47,434 nucleotides of DNA from a virus. Lineage: Duplodnaviria > Caudoviricetes. The translations under genes and the position numbers were made by a program. Below the pieces are notes generated by a model. It was not told the DNA's origin, made no database searches, and was given only the letters and a program-made list of their open reading frames with translations. Position 1 is the stretch's first letter. Every line of letters begins with the position of its first letter. This document shows positions 1 to 10,043 of this stretch, in pieces. Location of the stretch: positions 1 to 47,434 of the IMG/VR virus record IMGVR_UViG_3300027874_000016; one strand, written 5' to 3'.

Positions 1-10
1 CGACCAGGGC

Positions 11-3000
11 ATGGGCCTGAACGGCCCCGGCCTGGCGGCGGCCCAGGCCGAGGGGCAGGGGCAGGGGCAGGGGCAGGGGCAGGGGCAGCAGATCCAGGCC
101 CCGGTGATGCGCCAGCCCGTGGACACCGACGCCTCGATCCGGTACCCAGGGCTCCAGGCCGACGAGGGGGCGAACGTCCCGGCCGGGCCGGCGAACATCC
201 CGGGGACGCGCCTGCTCTTCAACACCGGGGCGCCCCCTCGGCCCCGGCCGGTGCTGCGGGGCCCGGCGCCCCAGCGGACGGCGCTGCCTCCGTACGAGGA
301 CACGAGCGCCCAGGGCCAGGGCGGCACGGAGCCCGGGCCCCAGGGCGGGCCGGCCCCCTCCGGCCCGCAGCCGGCGACAGCGCCGGACGCCTACCCGGAG
401 ATCCCGGGGGCCTCCAAGGGGCCGTTCCCGGAGAGCCCGGGCAGCGACCCCACGACGGGCCACGCCGGGCCGGGGCCCGCCTACGCCCCTACACCCGGCG
501 CCGTCTCGGGGGCGGGGGGCGAGGGCCCGCTCCGGACGCCCGACCAGGGCGACCAAGGCGACCAAGGCGACCAGGGGCAGCCCCCGGCGCCCTCTGGCCC
601 CAACCCCGTCGGGACGGCGATCGGCGCGGTCGGGCAGTGGAACAAGGGGCGCCCGGGGAGCCCGGACACGCTGGGGCCGGCCCTGATCCACGGCACGACG
701 GGGGCGGACGAGGCCGCCCGGGCCGCGGGCCGGGCGGTGGGCGCGGGCTTCTCCGGCCTCGGCACCGCCCTCCACGGCGCCGTGGATCGCCTGAACGCCC
801 CGCCCCCGCAGCCGGCCGGCGCCCAGGGCGGCGTGGGCGTGGGGGCGGCCCAACTCTCGCCCGACCTGCCCCCGGTGCCGGCCCCGGCCCCCCAGCCCCA
901 GCCGGAGGGGGGCAACTTCGTCACCCAGAGCGGCGCGTGGCAGGCGTTCCCCGACTGGGCGCGGGCCAGCCCGACGGACATCGCCAACGCCGTGGGCGCC
1001 TTGGTGCAGCAGAAGTGGAACGAGCAGCCCGGGGCGATGCGGGCCTCGCCCCAGGACTGGTGGGACGCGATGGCCCACCCCACCGGGGGCGGTGGCCGGG
1101 GGTACGGGGGCAGCGGCGGCGGCAGCGGCGGCGGCGGCGGGGGCCCCGCGCCCTACGGCGTGGGGGGCGCCAGCGCCTCCGGGGCGTCCGGCAGCGACCC
1201 GGTCAAGGATCTGCTGGGCAACTTCCTGCAGTGGATCCAGAGTTGGGGCGCGCCGAGCGCGCCCGACCAGCCGGCGACGCCGACCGCGCCCCCGCCACCG
1301 CCGGCCCAACTGCCGCCCCTGCCCACCGCCCCCGACCTGCCCCCGGCGTCCCAGGGCGGGCCCTCCAACAACGCCGTCGACCAACTCCGCAAGGAGCGGG
1401 CGTACTGGGCGGGCCTGCTGTACGTGGCCGAGGCGCAGTTGGCGGGCCTCGACCAGACCCTCAAGTGGGGCGACCCCGTCCACGACACCAACGCCCTGGC
1501 GAACCTGCCGGCCGGCATGGATCCCCAGGTGCAGTCGGCCAACTACGCCCAGGCGGTCAAGAACCAGCAGAACTACCAGCAGGCGATCGCCACCCTGCGG
1601 GACAAGGTCACCGGCAACGACCAGGCGATCGCCAAAGAGCAGGACGCGATCGTCAAGCAGGGCACGACCGACAAGAGCAAGCCCCAGCAGATCGCCCAGG
1701 TAGAGGGCGTGGGCACCTTCTACTGGGACGAGACCAAGGGCTGGGTCAAGTTCGCCGGCAGCCACCCGCCCGACACCGGGGCCGCCGTCCAGTACATCAA
1801 GGACGACGCCGGCAACGTCTACGCCTTCAACCAGCAGGGCCAGATCATCGCCCGCGCCCAACTCAACGCGGTCGGGAAGGATCCCATCGTCCTGGCCGGG
1901 CAGAACAGCCCGGTGATGACGCTGTACGACCCGAACACCGGCAACATCATCCACACCACCAACTACTCGTTCACCGGCGCCCCGCCCCAGCAGATCACCC
2001 TGGACGCCCGGGCCAAGTACATCGGGTACCAGACGCAAGAGGCGAACGGCTCCTGGTCGGTGCGGGTGATGGACAACCCGGCCTACAACCAGTGGGCCCC
2101 GGGGGCCGACAATTACCAGTCCACCACCGGCCGGATCGTCCACATCGCGGCGGACGGCACCGTGCAGAGCGTCGACACCCTGACGCCGGAGGAGCGCAGC
2201 CGCTACGACGCCGGCCAGCAGGCCACCGTCGCCCAGGCCCAGGCCCAGGTGGGCCAGACCCAGGCGTCGACGGGCTACACCCAGGCGAACACCGCCAAGG
2301 TCAACACCGACACGGCCGCGGCCCAGTTCGACCTGGCCCAGAAGCAGAAGCAGGAGGCCGAGTTCCAGGTCATCAGCGACGCGATCGCCCACGGGGCGAC
2401 GCCGGCCCAGGTGCGGGCCCTGGTGATGCAGGCGGCCCAGAACGTGGCGGACTGGACGGCGATCCAGAACGCCCAGACCAACGCCCTGAACGCCGAGACG
2501 CAGCGCCAGCAGGGGCTGGAGACGACCCGCCACGACCTGGGCGTCGAGTTCACCAACAACCGCCAGGCCTACTCCCAGGAGGCGCAGACGGGGATCAACG
2601 CCGCCTCCATGTTCGGGGCGGCCGTGGCCACGCCCCTCTTCCAGGCCCCCTGGCTCGCGGCCCAGGCCCCCACGACGGACGTGCGGGCCCTGGGGCGCCA
2701 GATGGGCATGGATCCGGCGATGGTGAACAACGTGGCGGACTGGTACGCCAGCCACCAGGGCCAGACCCTCTCCAACATCCAGAACCAGCAGAACACGGCC
2801 GCCGGGCGCCTGAACGAGGCCCAGGCGGCCTCCCAGCAGGAGGCGCTGCACCCGGACACCGGCACGGGGCCCTTCGGCCAGCAGATGGCGAGCACCCGGG
2901 CCCGGGACTACAGCGGCCAGGTGACGAACCAGGTCAACGCGATCGCCGCCAACCAGGTCAAGCCCACCGGCTACACGGCTCCCGTCCCGCAGACCGGGGG

Positions 3001-4342
3001 CCAGCAGCCGGGGGGCAGCTACGGGGCGACGAACGCCCCCGCGCCCTCGTCCCCCGCCCCGTCGTCGCCCCAGCCCTCCGCACCGCAACCGCAGCCCCAG
3101 GCGCCCCAGCAAGACCGCCAGGAGGCGGAAGACCTGGGCCCCAGCGGCCAGCCGGGGATGGCCCAGAACTGGGTCATCCACCCCGACGGCAGCCGGGAGA
3201 AGGTGGGGGATCCGTACCAGATCGGGGACACCGGGGGCGGTGCGGTGCAGGGGCCCCAGCACGTCGACCGTCCCGCGCCTCGGGGGCCCGAGGAGGCCGG
3301 GGTCGGCGGGTACTTCATCGGCGGGGGCGCCTACCAGGGCCCCGACGGGAAGGCACGCTACATGCCCCCGATGTACGTCTCCAAGTACGCCCCCGGGGGC
3401 GCCGGGGAGGGCGGGCAGGGCCAGGACGGGGGCCCGTCCGGGCACCTCCGCCGGCGCCTGCCGATCCCGGGCCGGCACGTCGTCCCCACGGCCGCCCCCG
3501 GCTACTTCGAAACCCACTACGACGACGGGGCGGTGGAGACGTGGCACGGGGAGGACGGCCCCTCCTGGGAGGGCGTGGGGGGGCGGGGCGCCGGCTACCA
3601 CGGCTACGACCCGCCGACGCTGGCCTTCAACGGCACGACCGCCGGGGGCGGGGGCTCCACGTGGCGCTTCCCGCCGCCGGAGGCCTTCCAGGACGCCCCG
3701 GGGCCCGACCAGACCGCCGGCGGGGGCGGCTTCTTCGAACAGGTGCCCCCGGCCTCCGTGAGCCCCGGCTTCGGGGCCCAGACGGCCCTCCAGCAGAACG
3801 AGCCCCCCGCCCGGGAGAGCGGACTGGCCGGGGGCTTCGCCGGGGCCGACCCCCGAGGCCCCGGGGGCGGTGGAGGAGGGGGCGCCTACGGGGCCCAGGC
3901 GGGGCCCACGTTCGGCACCAACGCCCCGGCCACGACCCAGGGCGGGCAGGTCGGGGCCGCCCCCATGCCGGCGAGCCGGGGGCCCTCCGCGACGGCCACG
4001 CCTGGATCCCTGGAGGCCGGGGGCGCCCCGCAGGCCCAGGCCCAGCGGTACGCTCCGGGGTGGGACGCCGCCACGCAGAGCCCCTTCACGACCCACGGCT
4101 CCCCCGCGGGCTACGCGGGGAACGCCGGCCAGGCGACCCTGTACGCCCCCGGGGCGGCGACCAACGCCGCCCTGTGGAGCGCCACCGCCGGCGGGGGAGG
4201 CGCCCGGCCCCAGCGCAGCGGGAGCTACTACGGTGGCCCGACGCTGCCGGCCCCGATGAGCCCCCTGCAGCGCCTCTTGAGCCAGGCGGGCGTCGTCCCG
4301 CCCACCCCCGGCCGGGCGGCCGGCTCCCCCGCGAGCGTATAG
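11..4342 (+). CDS. Giant P/G/Q/A-rich virion protein, putative ejection/internal protein; probably 5'-truncated by the window edge
   Basis: 1443-aa ORF with GC3-rich codons, and the frame stays open upstream of the ATG. Mostly low-complexity, with a central helical Q/A-rich region. Lies in the structural arm before the scaffold and capsid genes. Function inferred from context. Confidence 0.55.
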   Translation: MGLNGPGLAAAQAEGQGQGQGQGQGQQIQAPVMRQPVDTDASIRYPGLQADEGANVPAGPANIPGTRLLFNTGAPPRPRPVLRGPAPQRTALPPYEDTSAQGQGGTEPGPQGGPAPSGPQPATAPDAYPEIPGASKGPFPESPGSDPTTGHAGPGPAYAPTPGAVSGAGGEGPLRTPDQGDQGDQGDQGQPPAPSGPNPVGTAIGAVGQWNKGRPGSPDTLGPALIHGTTGADEAARAAGRAVGAGFSGLGTALHGAVDRLNAPPPQPAGAQGGVGVGAAQLSPDLPPVPAPAPQPQPEGGNFVTQSGAWQAFPDWARASPTDIANAVGALVQQKWNEQPGAMRASPQDWWDAMAHPTGGGGRGYGGSGGGSGGGGGGPAPYGVGGASASGASGSDPVKDLLGNFLQWIQSWGAPSAPDQPATPTAPPPPPAQLPPLPTAPDLPPASQGGPSNNAVDQLRKERAYWAGLLYVAEAQLAGLDQTLKWGDPVHDTNALANLPAGMDPQVQSANYAQAVKNQQNYQQAIATLRDKVTGNDQAIAKEQDAIVKQGTTDKSKPQQIAQVEGVGTFYWDETKGWVKFAGSHPPDTGAAVQYIKDDAGNVYAFNQQGQIIARAQLNAVGKDPIVLAGQNSPVMTLYDPNTGNIIHTTNYSFTGAPPQQITLDARAKYIGYQTQEANGSWSVRVMDNPAYNQWAPGADNYQSTTGRIVHIAADGTVQSVDTLTPEERSRYDAGQQATVAQAQAQVGQTQASTGYTQANTAKVNTDTAAAQFDLAQKQKQEAEFQVISDAIAHGATPAQVRALVMQAAQNVADWTAIQNAQTNALNAETQRQQGLETTRHDLGVEFTNNRQAYSQEAQTGINAASMFGAAVATPLFQAPWLAAQAPTTDVRALGRQMGMDPAMVNNVADWYASHQGQTLSNIQNQQNTAAGRLNEAQAASQQEALHPDTGTGPFGQQMASTRARDYSGQVTNQVNAIAANQVKPTGYTAPVPQTGGQQPGGSYGATNAPAPSSPAPSSPQPSAPQPQPQAPQQDRQEAEDLGPSGQPGMAQNWVIHPDGSREKVGDPYQIGDTGGGAVQGPQHVDRPAPRGPEEAGVGGYFIGGGAYQGPDGKARYMPPMYVSKYAPGGAGEGGQGQDGGPSGHLRRRLPIPGRHVVPTAAPGYFETHYDDGAVETWHGEDGPSWEGVGGRGAGYHGYDPPTLAFNGTTAGGGGSTWRFPPPEAFQDAPGPDQTAGGGGFFEQVPPASVSPGFGAQTALQQNEPPARESGLAGGFAGADPRGPGGGGGGGAYGAQAGPTFGTNAPATTQGGQVGAAPMPASRGPSATATPGSLEAGGAPQAQAQRYAPGWDAATQSPFTTHGSPAGYAGNAGQATLYAPGAATNAALWSATAGGGGARPQRSGSYYGGPTLPAPMSPLQRLLSQAGVVPPTPGRAAGSPASV

Positions 4343-4351
4343 GAGCGACCG

Positions 4352-7345
4352 ATGGATTCAGACCAGGGCGGGCCGGGCGTCGACATCGGGGAGGGCCTGG
4401 CGCAGTGGACGTGGCCGGACGGCTCGGTCAGCGTCTACGACATCACCGACCCGACGAAGGAGTACGCCCGCTTCCCCAAGGGGGCCCAGGAGCCGGCCGA
4501 CCTGCAGTACCGGGGCCTGGCGGCGACGCTGGGGCCGGACGGCAAGGTCAAGACGTACAGCATCAGCAACCCGCCCCCGGAGTACCGCGGGGCGCCCGAG
4601 GGGGCGACGCCTAACGCGCCGGCGCCGGGGCCCGCCCCCGCGGCCTCGCCCAGGCCCCCCGGCGTGACGGGCCCCGGGGCGACGCTCACGAAGAGCCCGT
4701 ACTGGGGGCAGACCGGGGCCAACGTCTTCGCGGACTACTCTAACAAGCTCGGTGACTACCAGAACCGCAACCCGCAGGGCACCACCTTCCCGGGCGGGGG
4801 CGTGGGGGCCAACGGGCAGCGGTGGTTCGCCGGGCGCCCGGACTTCGGCGGGCCCCTGGGCTGGGGCGACCAGTGGAAGGACACGAACACCGGCTACACG
4901 TACCTGGGCGGGGCGCCCAACGTCGGCGGGCTCCAGGGGGCCCAGGTCGGCCAGTACAGCCAGGAGGGCAACCCCCACACGTACACGCCCTACTACGGGG
5001 CCCAGCCGTTCCGGTTCACCAGCCAGGGGCTGAACGTGGACTACGGCTCGGGGGGCCAGGGCGACCCGACGACGAACAACGAGCAGACCGAGAAGCAGTT
5101 CAACCCGTACGGCAAGAGCGCCTCCAGCTACCAGTCCTGGGTACACGGGGGCACCGGGGGCGGGGGCGCGTTCGGGGGCCTGAACGGGGTAGACGCGGAC
5201 ACCGGGGGGATGCAGGACAGCGACCCGTACGCCTACGGGGGCGACCCCGCGATGCCGGGCTCGGGGAACCAGGGGCCGGCCCCGGACGCCTCCGACCGGC
5301 CAGACCGGGACGCGGCGGGCGGCGGGAGCGGGGGCGGTGCGCCCCCCGGGGTGGGCGGGGGCATCCAGGTGGCCTCCCAGATGTTCGACTGGGGCTCCAA
5401 CCTGGGGGGCGACTTCGCCCCCTTGGCCAACCTGGTCGGGCGCTCGGACACCGAGACGGGCCTGGGCACGGCGGGCATCCCGGCCGACTACCTCGGCCTC
5501 TTGGAGCAGGCGCTCAACCAGGGGGTGGTCAAGGCGACCAACCGGGGCTGGGCCTTCCTGAAGAGCCAGTACGGCGTGACCCCGGGCCAGGTGGGGGGCC
5601 AGGCGGTCGGCTACGCCGCCCAGGTCGGGGTGCAGCCGGACGGCTCCGGCGCCAGCGGGACGAGCACGTACGGGGGCCAGTTGAAGTGGGCCAGCCAGCC
5701 GGGGGCCCCCAACAGCGCCGCCCCGGGCACCAGCGGGGGCACCACGGGGGGCACGACCGGCGGCACCACGGGGGGCACCAGCGGGGGCACCGCCGGCGGG
5801 ACGGGCAGCGCCGGGGACGTGAACCAGTGGGGCATCTCGGGCACCCTGGAGCCGGGGACGCAGACCTGGGCGGGGCCCATCATCGGCGGGCTGCCCGGCG
5901 GGATGGCCCTGCCCTGGCACCAGCAGCAGTGGCAGCAGCAGTACGAGCAGGGCCAGTTGGACGTGAACAACCGGCGCATCGACGCCGACCTCTCGATCAA
6001 CGACAAGCAGATGGCGGAGCACAAGTACGAGGCCGACCTGGCCGCCCAGACGGGGGACAAGGATCGGGCCCAGCGGGAGAACGAATTCGTCCGCCAACTC
6101 CAACTCGACCGGGACAAGCTGCTGGAGCAGAAGAACGAGGCCCTGGGCATGATCGACGGCCAGGCCACCCTCGACATGCAGAAGTTCCTGGCCGACCAGC
6201 AGACCCAGGCGTACCAGCGGGCGGCCAACCCGGCGCGGGCGTTCGAGAACGAGCTAGCCCGGGGCAACACGGGGTGGAACAACGCCGGCGTGGATCCCAA
6301 CGCGGCCGGCATCCCCGGGTTCACCGCCCCCGGCCAGTCGCCCCTCGCCTGGGCCCAGGCGGGCGGGTACAGCGGGCAGTGGAACCAGTTGAGCCCCGGG
6401 GCCCCGGGCTACACGGGGGCCCCGCCCCAGCTTCCGGCGTTGCAGCCGACCCCCATGCCGGGCCCGGCGGGCCTCGTCGCGCCCCCGCCCGCGTGGTCGG
6501 GCGGGCCGGTGGGCATCGAGCCCTGGCAGACGCCCGGGGCGGGGCTCGACCCGGCCACCCTCCAGAAGCTCCAGGGGATGGGCATGACCCCCGAGCAGAT
6601 CGCCGTGTACGCCCGGCAGCAAGCGTTTGCCCAGCAGCAGGCCATGCAGCCGCAGTTGGAGGGCGTGACCAACTACGCGCAGCAGCAGCCGTACGGCGCC
6701 CAGATGCAGCAGTACTACGCCCAGTACAACCAGCAGCAGCAGCAGGCCGCCCAGGCCGCCCAGCAGCAGCAGCAGATGCAGTACGGCCAGGCCTACGGGG
6801 CGGGGGCCGGGCAGTACAACCCGGGGGCCTACAACCCGTACGCCCAGCAGGCGCAGCAGGCGCAGCCCACGGCCCAGGCGACGAACCCCTTCGCCGCCAC
6901 GGGCGGCCAGTCGGCCGCCCAGCAGGCCTACGCCGGGCAGCAGAGCTACACCCCCCAGCAGCAGCAGGCAGGGCAAGCAGGGCAAGCGGGGCAGGCGGGC
7001 TACAGCCAGGCGGGCACCTCGGGCACGTTCGGGGCCGACGCCTACGGCAACACCCCCGTGCGCACGCCGGGGGCGGTGCAGGCCTTCAAGGGCGGGTACG
7101 CGATGCCGACGGCCGGCAACTACGGCTTCGCCTCGACGACGCAGGCGGCCAACCAGGCCGCCATCACCCCCGACCAGGTCAGGCTCCAGAACCTGCGCCA
7201 GACCAGGATGATGAGCCCGGACACCCGGGCGATCGTGGGCTCGTTCGCCTCCGCCGGGGGCACCGACCAGCCCACCTTCGACTTCTACACGAACAAGGGC
7301 GCCCCGGGGGCCAGCACCGCGGGGGCCGGCTACAACATGCGCTGA
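4352..7345 (+). CDS. Large G/Q-rich virion protein, putative ejection protein
   Basis: AGGAG RBS. 997 aa with a coiled-coil segment (QRENEFVRQLQLDRDKLLEQ) and poly-Q tracts. Function from context only. Confidence 0.55.
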   Translation: MDSDQGGPGVDIGEGLAQWTWPDGSVSVYDITDPTKEYARFPKGAQEPADLQYRGLAATLGPDGKVKTYSISNPPPEYRGAPEGATPNAPAPGPAPAASPRPPGVTGPGATLTKSPYWGQTGANVFADYSNKLGDYQNRNPQGTTFPGGGVGANGQRWFAGRPDFGGPLGWGDQWKDTNTGYTYLGGAPNVGGLQGAQVGQYSQEGNPHTYTPYYGAQPFRFTSQGLNVDYGSGGQGDPTTNNEQTEKQFNPYGKSASSYQSWVHGGTGGGGAFGGLNGVDADTGGMQDSDPYAYGGDPAMPGSGNQGPAPDASDRPDRDAAGGGSGGGAPPGVGGGIQVASQMFDWGSNLGGDFAPLANLVGRSDTETGLGTAGIPADYLGLLEQALNQGVVKATNRGWAFLKSQYGVTPGQVGGQAVGYAAQVGVQPDGSGASGTSTYGGQLKWASQPGAPNSAAPGTSGGTTGGTTGGTTGGTSGGTAGGTGSAGDVNQWGISGTLEPGTQTWAGPIIGGLPGGMALPWHQQQWQQQYEQGQLDVNNRRIDADLSINDKQMAEHKYEADLAAQTGDKDRAQRENEFVRQLQLDRDKLLEQKNEALGMIDGQATLDMQKFLADQQTQAYQRAANPARAFENELARGNTGWNNAGVDPNAAGIPGFTAPGQSPLAWAQAGGYSGQWNQLSPGAPGYTGAPPQLPALQPTPMPGPAGLVAPPPAWSGGPVGIEPWQTPGAGLDPATLQKLQGMGMTPEQIAVYARQQAFAQQQAMQPQLEGVTNYAQQQPYGAQMQQYYAQYNQQQQQAAQAAQQQQQMQYGQAYGAGAGQYNPGAYNPYAQQAQQAQPTAQATNPFAATGGQSAAQQAYAGQQSYTPQQQQAGQAGQAGQAGYSQAGTSGTFGADAYGNTPVRTPGAVQAFKGGYAMPTAGNYGFASTTQAANQAAITPDQVRLQNLRQTRMMSPDTRAIVGSFASAGGTDQPTFDFYTNKGAPGASTAGAGYNMR

Positions 7346-7364
7346 GCGGTAAGGAGACGGCACC

Positions 7365-8621
7365 GTGTCGGAGACCCAGACGACCCCCGCCCCGGCCCAG
7401 CCCGTCCCGGAGCAACAGGCTCCGGAGCCGGCCCCTCCCGGGCAGCGGTCAACCGGGGGCGACCTGACGAACGGGCGCCCCGCGCCCCGGCCGATCGACC
7501 GGGCGGGCGCCCAGGACGTGCTCCGCCAGGCCTACGCCCGGGCCCTGCGGGAGCCGGGCCAGCAGCAGGCCCAGGCGGACGAGCAGGCCCGGGAAGCGCC
7601 CCCCCTCCCGGCCACGCCGGCGAAGGAGGCCCCGGCCAAGGAAGCCAGGGAGGCCGCCCCCAGGCCCGCGGTCGAGCGGGTGGCCGGGCGCGAGCGGGGC
7701 GCCGACGGCCGGTTCCTCCCCCAGCAGCCCGAGCAGGTTGACGAGCCGGCCCCCGACCAAGTACAAGAGACGCAGCAACCGGCACCCCCCGCCCGAGCCC
7801 CGCGGCCTGCCCCCCAAGCGCAGGCCCGCCGGGCCCAGCCGGAGGCGCCCGAAGCGCCAGCCGCCACCGAGCCAGCCCCGGCGCCGGAGCCCGAAGCGGC
7901 CCCCGCCCAGGACTTCGCCTCGCAGCACTGGCAGCGCGCGTTCCAGGCCCAGCCCGGGCTGCGCCGCACCGTGGGCGGCATCCGGAACGACCCCAAGCTC
8001 TCGACCGTCCAGAAGGCCGACCTCCTGTCGGAGAAGCTGACGGCCGCCCTGCGGGTCGCGGACGCCCTCGACTACCGGCAGCAGCAGATGGACTGGCTCC
8101 GGGACAACCGCCCCCAGGATTTCATCAACCAGATCCGGGCCGACCAGCAGAGCCAACAGGCCCAGAAGGATCTGGAGCAGCGGATCAGCGCCATGATCGC
8201 GGAGGCCTACGAGATCCCGGCCGACGACCCCGAGTTCCAGAACGCCGGGGCGGGCCCGGACGAGGACTACGCGACCGGGCTGGCGAAGTTCGTGGACGTG
8301 ACCGCGCGGCGCTCCCCCGTGGTGCGCCGCCACATGGAGACCGCCCTGGCCGCCCAGGCCGAGCAGCACCAGCAGGAGATCGCCGCGTTGAGGGCCCAGC
8401 ACAAGCTGGACGTGGAGGCCGCCCTGGAGCGGGGGCGGGCGCAGGGCCGTGGCGGGCGGGGGAGCGGGATGCCCCAGCCCCGGGCCACCGGCACCGGCGT
8501 GCGCCCCGTCGGCCAGCAGGACGGCCCCGGGGGCGGGCCGCCCGTCCCCCGCCGGGCCCCGGACGTGGCCACCTACCGCGGGGCGTTCGCCCTCGGCTAC
8601 CAGCAGCGGGAGCCGGTATGA
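7365..8621 (+). CDS. Putative capsid scaffolding protein
   Basis: AAGGAG RBS. P/E/Q-rich N-terminus with an RGADGRF motif and a helical C-terminal half. Immediately upstream of the MCP. Confidence 0.6.
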   Translation: MSETQTTPAPAQPVPEQQAPEPAPPGQRSTGGDLTNGRPAPRPIDRAGAQDVLRQAYARALREPGQQQAQADEQAREAPPLPATPAKEAPAKEAREAAPRPAVERVAGRERGADGRFLPQQPEQVDEPAPDQVQETQQPAPPARAPRPAPQAQARRAQPEAPEAPAATEPAPAPEPEAAPAQDFASQHWQRAFQAQPGLRRTVGGIRNDPKLSTVQKADLLSEKLTAALRVADALDYRQQQMDWLRDNRPQDFINQIRADQQSQQAQKDLEQRISAMIAEAYEIPADDPEFQNAGAGPDEDYATGLAKFVDVTARRSPVVRRHMETALAAQAEQHQQEIAALRAQHKLDVEAALERGRAQGRGGRGSGMPQPRATGTGVRPVGQQDGPGGGPPVPRRAPDVATYRGAFALGYQQREPV

Positions 8622-8633
8622 GGGAAGACCTAG

Positions 8634-9623
8634 GTGTGGACGATCGCGGAGGCCGCGCTTAACGAGCAAGACCCCCTGCGCATGGGCGTGCTGATGCTCT
8701 TCTGGTTGGAGAGCAACATCATGGCCAGCATCCCCTTCTTCACGGTGAACCGGCTGGGCATCTCGATGACCCGCCAGGTGCGCCTCAGCCTGACGAAGCC
8801 CGGGTGGGTGGCGATCGGGGAGAGCTACTCCCAGAGCACCGCGCACCTGGAGCAGGTCGAGGAGACCGTGTTCAAGATCGGGCGGGACATCGACATCCCC
8901 AAGGGCTTGGAGAACCTGGACGGCCAGTTCGAAGACCCGCGGGTGTTGATGACGGAGACGGAACTGAAGACGCTGACCTACGAGTTCAACGAGGCCAGCA
9001 TCAACGGCCCGTTCATCGGGGCCGGGGGCGCCGCGCTCGCGGCCGCGCCGGCGGGCGTCCGCACCCGGATCAACGACGTGGCGGGCGACGCCGGCCTGGG
9101 GGACGCCCTCCTGGCGCCTGGGGGCATCGCCACCCCGTTCGGGCCGACGGCGACCTCGCTCCAGCGGCACGCCGTCCTGGACGCCTTCAACCGGAGCATG
9201 TACTTCCTCGACGGCAAGCGCCCGGACAACGGCTACTGCAACAAGACGCTGCTGCTCGCCTTAGAGAGCGCGTTCCGCCGGGAGCAGTTGTTCGCCATCA
9301 CCCGGGATCAGTACGAGCGGATCGTGTACACGTTCCGCGACTGCCCCATCTACGATGTGGGGGTGAAGGCCGACCAGGTCACTCCCATCATCACCGATGC
9401 AGAGAGTTTCGGTGGCCAGACCAACTGCACCTCGATGTATTGGGTGAAGACCGGGGTAAGAACCCATTTCCACGGCTGGGAGAAGGAACCCTTAGATGTT
9501 CGTGATCTCGGGGAGCTACAGACGGCCCCGGTGATGCGCACCCGCGTGGACTGGAGCCCCGGCCTCGCCTCCTGGCACGTCCGGAGCCTCGCCCGCGTGC
9601 AGGGGATCCAGGCCACCACCTAG
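8634..9623 (+). CDS. Major capsid protein (HK97 fold, BPP-1 Bbp17-like family)
   Basis: 329 aa. The pattern TIAEAA..QDPLRMGV..ESNIMASIPF..PGWVAIGESYSQST..IGRDIDIPK and the C-terminal VRDLGEL..RTRVDW..GLA..SLARVQGI are typical of this MCP family. Followed by a cement-like gene. Confidence 0.8.
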   Translation: MWTIAEAALNEQDPLRMGVLMLFWLESNIMASIPFFTVNRLGISMTRQVRLSLTKPGWVAIGESYSQSTAHLEQVEETVFKIGRDIDIPKGLENLDGQFEDPRVLMTETELKTLTYEFNEASINGPFIGAGGAALAAAPAGVRTRINDVAGDAGLGDALLAPGGIATPFGPTATSLQRHAVLDAFNRSMYFLDGKRPDNGYCNKTLLLALESAFRREQLFAITRDQYERIVYTFRDCPIYDVGVKADQVTPIITDAESFGGQTNCTSMYWVKTGVRTHFHGWEKEPLDVRDLGELQTAPVMRTRVDWSPGLASWHVRSLARVQGIQATT

Positions 9624-9662
9624 TCGTCTCCTCGACTGGAGAACCACCGAGAGGAACACGTC

Positions 9663-10037
9663 ATGCCAGCCGACCGCAACCTGATCCTGTTCAGCAACGC
9701 CACCCTGTCCACCACGAGCACCAGCCCGGCGGTGGACATCGGGATGGGGGGCACCCCGGTCGACCACCCCCTCGTCGCCCGCACCTTCTACAGCGGGGTG
9801 GCGGCGTCGATCACCCTCGCCCTCACCATCCAGGCGTCGTACGACAACACCAACTTCCGGGACATCGTCACCGGCCAGATGGGGATCGGGCCCAACGCAG
9901 AGCCCCAGGAGCGGGCCCTGCCCTTCTACACCCGGCGCCGGTACGTGCGGGGGATGCTGGCCGGGGGCGCGGTGTCCGGGGTGACGGTGGACATCAACGC
10001 CTTCGCCCGCAACTCCCCCGAGATGTACATGGACTAG
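9663..10037 (+). CDS. Capsid cement/decoration protein, Bbp16-like
   Basis: 124 aa with D.NLILF..T.TS.AVD.G..LTIQASYDNTNF.D..RRYVR, resembling BPP-1 Bbp16. Directly after the MCP. Confidence 0.7.
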   Translation: MPADRNLILFSNATLSTTSTSPAVDIGMGGTPVDHPLVARTFYSGVAASITLALTIQASYDNTNFRDIVTGQMGIGPNAEPQERALPFYTRRRYVRGMLAGGAVSGVTVDINAFARNSPEMYMD

Positions 10038-10043
10038 GGGCCG

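Noticed and set aside
53-5800. Short tandem repeats (GGGCAG x6, GACCARGGC x4, GGTT-coding 12-mers)
   Set aside because: In-frame coding microsatellites in low-complexity proteins.
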